Of a DNA stretch of 64,000 nt, positions 1 to 40,535 are shown one piece after another. Below the pieces are notes generated by a model. It saw nothing but the letters and a program-made list of their open reading frames with translations, did not search any database and was not told the DNA's origin. The stretch lies in the NCBI GenBank assembly GCA_024679065.1, contig JAGIQG010000014.1, positions 27,280,001-27,344,000 on the forward strand, written 5' to 3'. Position 1 is the first letter of the stretch, and the number at the start of each line of letters is the position of its first letter. Origin of the DNA: Sphyrna mokarran. Taxonomy: Eukaryota. A program made the translations under genes and the position numbers.

Positions 1-660
1 GAATTCAATCCTGATAAAAGCAAGGTGATGCATTTCGGGAGAAAGAATGTAGGGGGGAGGTATATATGACAAAGGGTAGACCTATTAAGAGTATAGAAAT
101 GCAGAGGGACCTGAGGGTGCAGGTGCACAAGTCTCTGAAGGTGGCAGAGCAGGTGGAGAAGGTTGTGAAGAAAGCATATAGTAATCTAGCCTTTATAGGA
201 AGGGGTATAGAGTACAAGAGCTGGCCTTTAATGTTGCAGTTGTATAAAACATTGGTTAGATCTCATTTGGAATACTGCGTCCAGTTCTGGTCGCCTTACT
301 ACCGGAAGGACGTGGAGACTCTGGAGAGAGTGCAGAGGAGGTTTACCAGGATGCTGCCTGGTATGGAAGGTCTGAGTTACAAGGAGAGGTTGGGCAAATT
401 GGGACTGTTTTCTTTAGAAAGACATAGACCTAGAGGAGATCTAATAAAGGTGTACAAGATTATGAGGGGTATAGATAAACAGGGTTAAGCTTTTTCCTAG
501 GATAGACTCAAATAGCACGAGGGGTCACAGGCTTAGGGTGAGGGAGGTAAGGTATAATTTGGATGCTAGAGGGAGTTTTTTCACAGAGGGTGGTGGAGGC
601 AGGCACTCTGGAGTTATTTAAGAAATACTTATATGGGCACATGAACAGAATGGGAACGGA
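1..660 (+). mobile_element. CR1 (HER1-like) LINE, 3' end of ORF2
   Basis: ORF 66..488 contains LYKTLVRSHLEYCVQFWSP and LERVQRRFTRMLPG, typical of the CR1 ORF2 C-terminus. Confidence 0.9.
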
Positions 661-876
661 GGGGTACAGAAAACTGATTTAAAATAGGGATCATGAGCCT
701 TGGAAGTCCCTGGGAAGTGTGTAAATTGTCGATGATATTGACGTATTTGTTTTATCCTACAGGTACTTCTGTCCGCCTTGTCTAACAAGGGGCATACACG
801 CAATGGCTGCTCTTGGATTTTGACAGTAGCCTAGTGCTTCACATTGTTAGTGTATGCTTGACCTGGATCATTTGAT

Positions 877-1190
877 GGGCAACATGATAGCTCAGTGACT
901 ATTGCTGTGCTGTGCAGATGCATGGATTTGGGCCTGCGTCTGTGGGAGTTTGCGCATTCTCCCCGTGCTTACGAGTGTTTTTTCCACGTGCTCCAGTTTC
1001 CTCCCATATCCCAAAGATGTGCTCTTAGGCTGATTGGCAGAACAAATTCTCCCTAAATTGTCTCAAATTTGGTTCTAATGCATAGATCTATAAACATAGA
1101 CAGGGATCATGGGTAGAAGTGGGAACATCGAGGTGGCGGCACGGGCTCGCTGGGCCAAAGGGCCTGTTTCCCATGCTGTTTTGTTCTTTG
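877..1190 (+). mobile_element. V-SINE (HE1-like), diverged
   Basis: V-domain gtctgtgggagtttgcgcattctccccgtg...ccagtttcctcccatatcccaaagatgtg plus a CR1-like tail. Confidence 0.75.
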
Positions 1191-1341
1191 TACAGATATT
1201 AATACACAAGACCCTGTTCTTAACAGACAAAGAGCAGGTACACACATTGTGAATGTGTCAGGAATCTGGCTGTTATCTGCGAAGGTTTCCCAACCTGGAG
1301 CACTTGTTTACCTCAGTGTATAATTTTGTTTACAGGAATGG

Positions 1342-1971
1342 TGTGAGGAGTCACGTGCAAAACCCAGTGAGAAAGTAACCAATCCAGTCATTGTATAACA
1401 TTTATTGAAGAACAGGACTATAATGATCCAAGACAGTTACATATAGGGACTACTATACAAACTCACATTTTATGTACAAATTACTCTTCTTGATCCGAAG
1501 TACATTTACGAGATCTGGACTCTTTTAGGAATTCTCCCTCCCCAAACAACGTCAACTTCAATAGATTTCTAAGTAAAAGCCAGCTTATAGTTACTACATT
1601 GGCAAGTTATTCTGGGAAGTGTGTCTTCTTGGTTTTGCTAAGACATGGTTTTAACTGCCTCTACAAAGCTTCCTACACTCTTGCTTTTGATCTGCTAGCT
1701 AGAACTGGGTACAGGCTGCTAGATGGATATTACCTTCCTGCTTCCACAAGAGGTTGGTAATTATGATTTTTCCCTTTGACAGTTCTCTCCATATATTTGC
1801 TGTCTGCCATCTCAGCTTCTACGATTCTACAAAATTACCATATGTATGCTCCTCCCCCTCATGATGTTTCAATCATCTAAGTTGAAATGTCTTTTGAAAT
1901 GCTACTGGTTCCTAACCTGCTAGTTTTGTTGTATTCCTGGTATTGCTTGTTACCCAAGCACATTCATGACA
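1342..1971 (-). mobile_element. Possible solo LTR
   Basis: TG...CA ends and a minus-strand AATAAA near 1402; no target-site duplication (TSD) found. Confidence 0.3.
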
Positions 1972-1972
1972 G

Positions 1973-2290
1973 CCTGTTTCAAGTAAACCAAATAAGTGAC
2001 AACCATTTTCTGGTTCATCCTTTAGGGCAATGCTTGACCAGAGTCAAGCTGCCTGGTTTAAATTTCAAATATTGCACGGCAGTTAACTGTCAATCATCAT
2101 TATTCAGGGCAACACTTCTATCAATTAGTCAACTTGCCAACCAATTAGTACTCTCTTCTTACATAGTATAAATTGTTGTTCCTTTCATATTCTGTATTCT
2201 TGCAATAATCCTGATGAGCGTAAGATGAAAAACTTTGCAAAATAGTCTTTTTTTTCCCCCGCAATACTCAAGTTCCATACCACCAAGTGA
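1973..2290 (+). mobile_element. Penelope-like element 3' region with hammerhead-like core
   Basis: Similar to 13105-13380, which follows a GIY-YIG domain; CTGATGAG...GAAA at 2211-2230. Confidence 0.7.
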
Positions 2291-2379
2291 CCATTGCGAA
2301 AATTGTTTCATCCCTCCAAATGCACAAAAACTCTATTATGGTCAAACTTGGAATGTAGGAAAGAGGAGGCCTTTGTGCC

Positions 2380-5190
2380 ATAGAAACATACAAAATAGAA
2401 GCAGGAGAAGGCCATTCAAGCCCTTCGCAACTGCTCCACCATTCATTTTGATCATGGTTGATCATACAATTCAATAGTCTGATTAGCCTTGCCCCCATAC
2501 CCTTTGTTCCTCTTTGCCTAAATACTATATCTAACTGCTTCATGAAGACATTCAATGTTTTGGCCTCAATTACTTTCTGTGGTAGTGAATTTCATAGGCT
2601 GACCACTCTCTGGGTGAAGAAATTTCTCCTCTTCTCAGTCTTAAATGGTCTACCCTTATTCTCAGACTGTGACCTTTAATCTGGACACCCCACCATCAGG
2701 AACATTATCCTTGCATCTACCCTTTCTAGTCTTGTTAGAATTTTATAGGATCTTATGAGATCCCTTCTTTCTCTTCTGAACTCCAGCAAATACAACCCTA
2801 ATCAACTCAATCTCTCCTCATATGTCAGTCTGCCATCCAGGAATCAATCTAGTAAACCTTCTCTGCATTCTCTCAGGGTAAGAACATCCTTCCTCAGATA
2901 AGGCAACCAAAATTGTGCAGTAAGGATTCTCACAACACCAGGTTAAAGTTCAACAGGGTTATTTGGTAGCAAAAGCCACTAGCTTTTGGAGTTCTGTTCA
3001 CCATCAAGGCATATAAAGACACAAACTCAATTTACAAAATAACGGTCGGAACGCAAGTCTTTACAGATTGCCTGTATCTTTAAGATTTGACTATGTATGA
3101 GTGGAGACAGAGTCAAGCACAGGTTAAAGAGGTGTGTATTATCTCCAGCCAGGACAGTTAGTGAGATTTTGCAAGCCCAGGCAAGTCATGGGGATTACAG
3201 ATAGTGTGAATGAAGCTAAGATCTTGGCTATCAATTTCCACACATGTGAGGACGGCCTCAACCGGGATCTTGGGTTCATGTAACCCCTGCAACTTGCAGA
3301 ATCTCACTAACTATCCTAGCTGCAGACAATACTCATCTCTTTAACCTGTGCTTAAACACTCTCTCCACTCACATTGTCTGCACCTTTAAGACCTTGATTA
3401 CCTGTAAATCTGACGAAGGAGCAGCGCTCCAAAAGCTAGTAGCTTTTGCTACCAAATAAACTTGTTGGACTTTAACATGGTGTTATGAGACTTCTTATTG
3501 TGTTTACTCCTAGTCCAACGCCGGCATCTCCACATCATAACTGCATGAAAACATCCCTGCTTTTATACTTGAATCCTTTCACTGTGAAGGCTGACACACT
3601 TTTTACTGCTTGCTGCACCTGCATGTTTATCTTCATGAGTAATGTATGCGGACACCAAGGTTTTCTCTTTCCAAATTTATTCCTCTCTCCAAATTTATAG
3701 CTATTTGGATAGTAATCTGCTTTCCTGTTTTACTACCGAAGTGGATAACCTCACATTTATTCAAATTATGCTGTATCTGTTAATCATTTGCCAACTCACC
3801 CCAATCACACTGAAGAATCTCTGCACTCATCTCACAGCTCACCCTTCCACTTAGATTTGTGTCATCTGAAAATTTGGAAATAATACATTTAGTTCCCTCA
3901 GAGTTGGGTCCTAGCTCTGGTCCCTGTGCTACCCAACTAGTCATTGCCTGCTATTTGCAAAAAAGACTTGTTTATTTCTACTCTTTGTTTCTTGTCTGCT
4001 GGCCAGTTTTTTACCCATCTCAAAATACTATCCCCAATCTCATGTGCTTTAATTTTACATGCCAATCTTTTATGTGTAACTTTGTTGAAAGCATTCTGAA
4101 AGTAGAAATAAACCATATCCACAGCTCCCCCTCATCAACTCTATTTACATCCACAAAGAATTCCAATAAATTTGTCAAACATGATTACCTTTCATAAATC
4201 CATGCTGACTCTGTCCAATCCTGCCAGTTTTCTAAGTGTTTTGCTATAAAATCTTTGATAATGGATTCTAGTGTTTTTTCCATTACCAAAATCAGGCTTA
4301 CTAGCCAATAATTCCCTTATTTCTCTCTACCTCCTTTTCTCAATAGTGGGGTTACATTAGTTACCCTCCAATCTGTAGGAACTGTTGCAGAGCCTATAGA
4401 ATCATGGAAGATGACAACCAATATACCCACTATTTCTCAGGTTACTTTCTTAAGTACTCTTGGATGTAAATGATCAAACCCTGGGATTTAATCAGACTTC
4501 CCTCCCATCAGTTTTTCCAACATCATTTCTCTACTAATGCTGATCTCCTTCAGTTCCTCCATCTCACTAAACCCTGCATTCCAAAACAATTCTGGCATGA
4601 TATTTGTGTCCTCCTTTGTCAAGATGGAATTCAGTTGGTCAGCCATTTCTTTGTTCCCCATTATAAATTCCCTTGTTTCTGATTGTAACAGACCTACATT
4701 TGTCTTCACCAATCTTTTTCTCCTCACGTATCTATAGAAACTTCTGTAATTAGTATGCTTATGGAGAACATAAAAACTATCATATTTTATTTTACCCTTC
4801 TTCATCAGTTCCTTGATACTCCATTGTTGAATTCAAAGCTGGTCCTAGTCCTCAGGCCTGTTGCTTTTTTTTTAGTCAATTTGTATTCCTCCCATCTACC
4901 AATACTATCTCTAATTTCCCTTATAAGCCTTGGTTTGGCCACCCTTCCAGTTTCCAGACAGGAATAAAGAATTGTTGCAGTTCAATGCTCCTTGAATGTT
5001 TGCCATTGCCTAATTTATCATTGTCTCTTTAATTAAGATTTCCTAATCTATCATTGCCAACTTGCATCTCAGATCATCATGGTTTCTTTTATTAAGATGC
5101 ATGGCCCTAGTCTCAGAATCAACTACATAACTCTCCATCTTGAAATGAAAAATTCTATCCTGTTATGGTTATGCATCCTCAAGGGGTGCA
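2380..5190 (-). mobile_element. CR1 LINE ORF2, decayed, interrupted by a Penelope element
   Basis: ORF remnants YFQNAFNKVTHKRLACKIKAHEI and SFYRYVRRKRLVKTNVGLLQSE. Confidence 0.85.
2920..3538. mobile_element. Non-autonomous Penelope-like element with inverted termini and hammerhead core
   Basis: 2920-2991 is an inverted copy of ~3427-3498; CTGACGAAGGAGCAGCGCTCCAAAAGCTA at 3410-3438. Confidence 0.75.
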
Positions 5191-5627
5191 TTGAAAATCT
5201 GTTTTGTAAAAGTGATGGTTGTCTAGGAAAACCTTTAAATTAGTAAATGGGAGAATATTTTTGACATGCACTGTTTGATCACTGCTTATGCATTTTTGTT
5301 CATTTAAGTTCTCCTGGGGTTTCAGAATAGAGTTTTGATTAATTTGATTGACAGGGACCAACATGCTTAAGGGGTGGAGCTAAGCTTGAAGGAAAGAAAG
5401 AGTTTCAGTTTCATTTTAAAATATAAACAGTTGCTGTCTGTGCTGCCAGAAGTGATGTCTTCCTCTCTAAAGGCTTTCTCAAAGCATCAAAGCCTGTTAG
5501 CCGAAGTCAAAGCAAATGTGCCTCTGTTTTGCTAATTAATTATGAAGAGAGGTTTAAATAAGATAAATATTGCAAGATTGGAACTCAGTGGTAGGTTAGC
5601 AGTTAAGAATTGTATCTTGTCATGTTT

Positions 5628-6992
5628 GATTTGATCTATTATTGTCACATGTAATGGAATATAGTGCAAAGTATTGTTCCTTACGTGCTATACAGACAAA
5701 AACATATTGTTCATACAGGAGAAGGAAAGCTAGGGGTGCAGAAAACAATGTTGCAGTTACAAATAAGGTGATGAGAAAGATCATGTAATATATAACAGAT
5801 CCATTCAGAAGTCTCATGGCAGGGAAGAAGCATTTTCAGACTTGTGTTTTTTTTGACAGAAGAAGCTGAGAAGGACTATTATACAGAGTATATAGGGTCC
5901 TCGATTATGTTGGCTACTTTTCTGAGGCAGCAGGAAGTGTAGATGGAGTCAATAGATGCAAGTTTGATTTGCATCATTGCCTGGGCTATGTTCATAACCC
6001 TTTGCAGTTTCTTGTGGTCTTGGTCAGAGTAGCAGACATACTAAGCAGTGATACATTCTATATACATCTGTAAAAATTGCTGAGAATAGTTTTGTACATG
6101 CCAAATTTCCTCCTGAGAAAGTAGAAGTGTTGATGGACTTTCTTAACTATTGTCAGGACCAGGACAGCCTGTTGGTCATCTGAACACCTAGAACTAATTT
6201 CTCAACCATTTCATCACCATTGATGTAGACATGGGGGGGGGGGTGTCCTCCAGTGTGTTTCTTGAAGACAGTGATTATTTCCTTTATTTTACTGATATTG
6301 AGGGACAGATTATTGTCATCACACTATTTCTCTGTCTCGTCATTGTTTGAGATCTGACCCACTACAGTGCTGTCATCTGTAAACTTGAAAATGGAGTTGG
6401 AGCAGAATTTGATGTATAAGGAGAATAGTAAGGGGCTGAGTACACAACCTTGCAAGGCACCAGTGTTGAGGATAACCATGGATGAAGCACAGAAATGGAT
6501 CTAACATAATCAAGAACCTCTCACAACGCAGACATATTCCCTTTCAGCTTCTCCCGTCAGGAAAAACATACAAAAGTCTGAGAACATTTCTTTCGTGCTG
6601 CCATCAGACTTTTCAATGGACCTATTATATATTATTCTAATCTTTCTCGTCACCCTATCTGTAACTGCAACACTATTTTCTGCACCTCACCTTTCCTGAT
6701 TGTGGTCTAGGAAGTCTAGGATCTAGTTGCAGAGACAGGAGCCGAGCCCTAGGCCACAGAGTTTGGATATGAGTTTTGTTGGGGTACTGTTTTGAAGACT
6801 GGTCTGTAGTCAATAAACAGGAGTCTGACATTAGTGTCCTTGTTATCCAGGTGTTCCAGGGTTAAGAGTAGGGCCAGGAAGATGGCATCTGCTGTGGACT
6901 TGTCGTAGCAACAGGCAGACAAGTCCACAAGATCCATTTAGTGGATCTAGGCAATCTGGGAGACTGGAGTTGATGCATGCCATGATTAACCT
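5628..6992 (-). mobile_element. Rex1/Babar LINE, 5'-truncated and rearranged
   Basis: KSTADAIFLALLLTLEHLDNKDTNVRLLFIDY (Rex1 RT); (ATCAA)n tail; TGTTT duplicated at 5623 and 6993. Confidence 0.8.
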
Positions 6993-7156
6993 TGTTTAAG
7001 TATTGTTCAATTGTTAAAGATTAGGTTGTTATAATTAAACTGTGTTGTTAAATGAAGCTTGTTTTGATAAAAGCTTCTTATTGTGTCAGGAGAATCATGT
7101 CTGGAGTGAAAATCATATTCTCTCACTAATGCCAAAATAGAAAATTGTTGGTGTTT

Positions 7157-8220
7157 AAGAACATAAGAACTAGCAGCAGGAGTAGGCCATCAGGCCCCTT
7201 GAGCTTGCTCCGCCATTCAATAAGGTCATGGCTGATTTTTTTTCTCAGCTCCACTTATCTGCCCACTCACCATGACCCTTTGTTCCTTTACTATTCAAAA
7301 ATGTTCTTGCCTTAAATACATTCAATGAGATAGCCTCAACTGCTTCACTAGGCAGGGAATTCCACAAATTTACAAGTGTGTGAAGAACTTCCTCCTCAAC
7401 TCAGTCCTAAATCTGCTCCCCCTTATTTTGAGGCCATGCCCCCATTTCTAGTTTCATCTGCCAGTGAAGCACCAAGGGTGTGCCTGCTTTTTTCTATTCC
7501 CTTCATAATCTTCCATGTTTCTATAAGATCTCTCCCCATTCTTAGGAATTCCAATGAGTATAGCTCCAGTCTACTCAGTTTCTCCTCATAAACCAATCCT
7601 CTCAAGTCTGGAATCAACCAAATGAACTCCTCTGTACCCCCTCCAGTGCCAGTATATTCTCTCAAATAAGGATACCAAAACCATACACAGTACTCCAGAT
7701 GTAGCCTCACCACCAGCTTATACAGCTGCAACATAACCTTGCTGTTTTTAAACTCAATTCCTCTAGCAATGAAGGATAAAATTCCATTTGCCTTCTTAAT
7801 TACCTGCTGCATCTGCAAACCAACACCTTGCAATTCTTGCACAAGAACACCCAGGTACCTCTGCACAGCAGCATGTTGCAATTTTTTACCATTTAAGTAG
7901 TAGTCCATTTTGCTGTCATTCCTACCAAAATGAATGACTTCACATTTGCCAACATGGTACTCCATCTGCCGTACTCACACCCACTCACTTAGACTATTTA
8001 TATCCCTTTGCAGAGTTTCAGCATCCTCTACACACTTTGCTCTGTCACTCATTTTAGGGTCATCTATGAATTTTGATACACTACACTTGGTCCCCAACTT
8101 CAAATCATCTATATAAATCATAAACAATTGCATCCCAATACTGATCCCTGAGGCACACCATTAGTCACCAAACACCAACCAGAAAAAAAAAAACACCATT
8201 TACCCCCTCTCTTTGCTTTT
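7157..8220 (-). mobile_element. CR1 LINE 3' part
   Basis: ORF 7423..7965 MEYHVGKCEVIHFGR...LYKLVVRLHLEYCVWFW. Confidence 0.9.
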
Positions 8221-8269
8221 GTCTAGCTTCATAATACACCTTGGAGTTTCTGATCTGGTACCCTAACAC

Positions 8270-8880
8270 AAGGAAATGGCAGAAATGCTAAATAAATGTT
8301 TTACATCAGCCTTCAGGTGGAGACGTTGCAACATCCCTAAGATATCAGATAGGCTGATTTCAACTAACATGATAGAATTTACAAAAATCCCAATCACAGG
8401 GAATGGAGTATTAGGGAAACTCAAGGAGACTAAAGATAGGCAAATTGCCAGGACCCAATGAACTACACACTAAGGTTTTAATAGAAGTGGCTGCAAAGAT
8501 AGCAAATCCATTAGTGAAATTTTTCATAACTCACTAAATTCTAGAAGGGTACCAGAGGTTTGGAAAACAGCCAATATGACTCCCTTGTTGACAAAGGAAG
8601 AAAGTCAGAAGGCAGAGAACTGTCAGCCAGGTAGTTTAACATCCAATAATAGATGTTAAACTATTAGCACGATGCTGGAGTCAATAATCAGAGATGAAAT
8701 AATTAATCATTTACAAAAGCTAAATATAATCAGTTCTAATCAACATGGGCGTATCAAAGGTAAAATTTGCTTGAATTCTCTGAGGACATAACCAGGAGAG
8801 TATACAGGGGGAAACTGTAGATATGATGTGGATTTACAAAAGACAGATGGTGGTGAAACTCTGGAATTCTCTACCCCAAA
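8270..8880 (+). mobile_element. CR1 LINE internal fragment
   Basis: EMAEMLNKCFTSAF; degraded WKTANMTPL and QHG..KG motifs. Confidence 0.7.
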
Positions 8881-9347
8881 GGTGCTGTCCTCTTTTAAGG
8901 TCAAACCAAACAAACAAACTCAAGTTAAATCAGGACAAAGTAAAAAGGGACAGCTCCCCAAAAGGAAGGGGAACAACCCAAACAAAATCAAAGTACAAAG
9001 GAAATTTGAAAACATCAAATTAAAATGTGATTATTAGGTCAATAGTGCATCTCAGCCTCTGCAGTGCCCAACGGGCTCCAGAAGTTGTTGGAGGTATGAT
9101 GTTTCTGCTTTGTGAAACGGAGCAGTTGCTCCAGTTCTGGAATATCTGCTCACCTGGGCGTCTCCAGCCAGCACGGCCCGCTTCCATGGTAACCCCCACC
9201 TCCCAATCTGCCCCCAACCTGACGTCGCGGCTACGAAGTTTCTGGAAGCGGACGGCGAGATCTGGCGCGGTCCGAGTATGTTCGCGCGAGATCTCCGAGC
9301 CCTCTCTCTGGCAGCGAGTGCGGGGCTCGGAGTCGGACTCGGCAGCA

Positions 9348-37299
<27,952 letters not shown>

Positions 37300-38965
37300 C
37301 AATATTGGCATGATGCTCTCCTTGTCAGTGAATGTTACTCAGTGTGGAGGCCTATTGGCCCATGTTCATGTTTGGATCTGCATACTGTTCAGCAAAACAT
37401 TTCTACTGATATAGCAGCCCATAATTCTGAGCTCTAGGGCCCAATATGTTTCATTTTTAATTGTTAAGTTTCATGCAAATAGCTGAAGGGATTGAAAGTA
37501 AAAGAACTACGTTTAGAACAATAACTGGTGCTTTCCGTCAATCGTTTAACTATTGACATGCCTACCTGGCTCAGTACATTGGTAACCGAACTAAGAAACA
37601 TGTACCCCTATCTCTTACTACTGTTTGATTCTTAAGCTCAGCAGTTAAGTTGGTAGATCTTTAGGGAAAGATGAGAAACTTCAATATAAATTAATGATTG
37701 CAAATATTTGCCACATAACTAGTTGGTAGCCTTTTAATCGCAACCTAGGTAAGATGACGAGCACCGTTTGTAAATCATTGCACTGATGTCCTGTAATCTG
37801 ATTGTTGTTACACTAAACCATTTAACTGAGCTAGCATTGACAGCTTTACACAGATATCTGCAACATGAAGTTTGAACATGAATATTGATCTTTGCCTGTT
37901 TGAGGAGGCAGTGAACTGTGATTAAAATGCAGACCTTTTAATATATGGGACTAAGCCTGAATATCACCTCTTCCACTTATTCAGAAATTGCTAATGCAGG
38001 TACTATGTATATGATTGCAGTATAAATTCTGCTCAAGAAGTCTCTGATTTTGTCCCATATCAGTCTCATTGCTGTATTTGTTTATGGAATAGCCACTCTG
38101 GTGGTGTGACTGGTAATTAGCATATCTCAATAATAAATGTATTTAAAACTTTATACAACTGTTAGAAACTGATACCCCACATGCTAAAATGTTTATTTTG
38201 ATTTATGCTGCATTGGAAAATGTTTCAGTGAAGCGTCTTGTAAAAATGTATGTGGCAACTCTGTGACAAGGCAATATTTGGCACTTGTTCTAACATTTAA
38301 CGTAAATAACTAATGACGTTTATTGCTAATTCTGAACACTTCAAATTTTATTTGAATTGGCCAATTTGTTGTGGACAAAAGGCTGCAGTTCCAAACTTTT
38401 TATCTTGTTAATAAATGGGTTTACTTTGTTGTTCCTCCAAGATTTTCCCACACTTAAACAGTTTTTTAAATTGCAGACTGCCCCTAAGTCAAACTGAGTG
38501 CTGCATATATTTCAGTCTTGGGACATGGGTGACTTACTGAGAAAATGGGGAGAAACCTGGAGGTAATATGTGTGCAACAAATGTTAATGTTTAGAATCCA
38601 TAAAACAAAAGTATGTTTGGTGTGTTCTGACACTATATTTTATTGTGTATGTTTGTGAATTTTTTTTAAGAAAAACTTGCCGTACGTTGGGGAACATAAG
38701 GGAAACTGATTTAATTGTCATTGTGACCGAAAACAACCGAACTGAACTGTGTGCAGACCTCATGCAAAAATGGACCCAGGAGCTCAGCACACTCTTCCAC
38801 ACTTCTGTAATCTGGGTGTCTGTTTTAAACTGTCATTTTCTTTTCCTTTGCTTCAACTACATGTTTACTTAAACCTCACAAGATTTGTTGAAAAATCTGT
38901 GACCGTTGACAATTTTTGTATTTTTACTCTCCTCGTGCACAATAAATGTAGAATTAGTTTCCCTA
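37300..38965 (+). other. Probable ZNF346 3' UTR with AATAAA at 38132, 38410 and 38941
   Basis: AT-rich ~1.7 kb with no recognisable TE, in an otherwise TE-dense window. Confidence 0.55.
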
Positions 38966-39204
38966 TCAGTGTAGATTTGCTTTCAATTCTGTATTTGCTC
39001 CAAATACCTCATGGTTGAACATTAGCAGTGTTCCAAACTTCTCTTTTCTGTTATACTTGTACAGTGGAGGTCTTAATATTTTACACAATACAATTCTGAT
39101 GTAATTAGGAATTAAAGATATTGCAGGCTTCTCTATTATTAAGTTCCCAGCAACAAACGGTAATAAACTTGTACAGCTAAGAAAAGTATATTTTTGTTAT
39201 AGCA

Positions 39205-39575
39205 TAAGCCATGGCTCAGTGACTGGATTCTCTGAGTTAGAAGCTTATGGGTTTATGACGCATTCCAGAAACTGGAATACAAAATGTAGGTTTGAGTATA
39301 GGGTGAACTATACTTTGGACAAGACGTGAAACCAAGACCCCATTTTTTTCAAGTGGTTGAGAGAGTTCTTATGGCACTATTTTGAAGAAATCTCCTCAGT
39401 ATCTTGGGGAGTGTTTATATCTCAACTAACATCACAAAACAGTTTAACAGCACATTATTTCATTGCTGTTTTTGGAATCTTTCAGTAACTAACCGGCAGA
39501 TCAGTTTATTATACTACAATAGACTTTTTAATTTGCTGCAAGGCAGTTTGGAGTGTCCTGAAGTTGTATAAAGAC
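39205..39575 (+). mobile_element. Deu-domain SINE (SacSINE1/AmnSINE-like), decayed
   Basis: atggcactattttgaagaa...caactaacatcacaaaacag...cattgctgtttttggaatc. Confidence 0.65.
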
Positions 39576-40374
39576 AGAACTTATATCACCTGTGATAGTA
39601 ATGAAGATGCAGAAATTTTGGTTCCTGGTCAGTTCTCATTTGCTCCTTTACTGTGTATGTGTTGGTTGGGTGGGCAATATCAGCAGGTGGCTCATAGGGT
39701 AAATATTGGGCTTAGTTAATTAGCTGTAATGATCCCTCCTGCTACTATTCCTTACTTTTGTTAAAAGTAAGGAATGGTAGCATTCCTTACTACCATTAGC
39801 AGTTCCAGTCACACAAGCTGCTGAAAAGCACTGCTTGTTTAATTACCATCAGATTAGATTATCTTCAGGGCAGAAAGGAGAATGTATTAGGAGAGGAAAT
39901 ATTCCACATATATATGGCTTATCATGATGTGTGCATCAATCATTGCAACAATAGCAGGAGCAGCTCAAGGATGTTAAAGGTGATAGTTAATTCTGCATTT
40001 AAATGAGCAGTGATGAACTATATAATCTTGATGGGTAAAAAGAGTTTGAGAATTTTTGGTAATAATTGAATTATGTCAACTTCCAAGATTAATTTGAGTG
40101 CTGAAACATTAAAAGCCAATTTACACTTTTTCCTCAAATCAAATCTAGCCTCATTAACAGCATAGGAAATTATTTGGCCTATCACGTCTTGCTGGCTCTC
40201 TGTAGAGCAAGCTGGTCAGTGCCATTTTCTCCTTTCTCCATCCCTGTAACCCAACAAGTTTGTTTCTTTTGAGTGTTCATATAATATCCTTGTGAAATTG
40301 TTGATTAACTGTGTTTCTATTGTCCTCGTGCGTGGTAAGTTCCTGGTCGTTACCATTCATTGCATATAAAACAA

Positions 40375-40535
40375 GGCGAGTGTTGTTGAGAGACATGCTG
40401 CTGAAGATTTTCATCTTGAACTTATCAGGACAAAGACAAGAATAACAAATTTCTCACAATCTCAATTTTCACTACTGGAGAAAAGGATGCTGATTTACTG
40501 GCAAATCAATCCTGATTGGCCAAAGTGATAATTGC
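40375..40535 (-). mobile_element. Penelope 3' fragment with degenerate hammerhead core
   Basis: Minus strand cctgataagttcaagatgaaaatcttc, homologous to 2200-2245. Confidence 0.55.

Larger units (their letters stand above)
5200..8268 (+). mobile_element. Probable solo LTR split into three pieces (5200-5627, 6993-7156, 8221-8268)
   Basis: Starts TGT and ends ...ccctaaCA; TATA-like TATAAA near 5422; pieces are separated by Rex1 and CR1 insertions. Confidence 0.45.

Noticed and set aside
1734-1826. Minus-strand AG...GT-bounded 93-nt segment with ATG (MADSKYMERTVKGKNHNYQPLVEAG)
   Set aside because: Lies in an LTR-like segment, does not resemble UIMC1 or any protein I recognise, and hits a stop in frame with the candidate divergent exon
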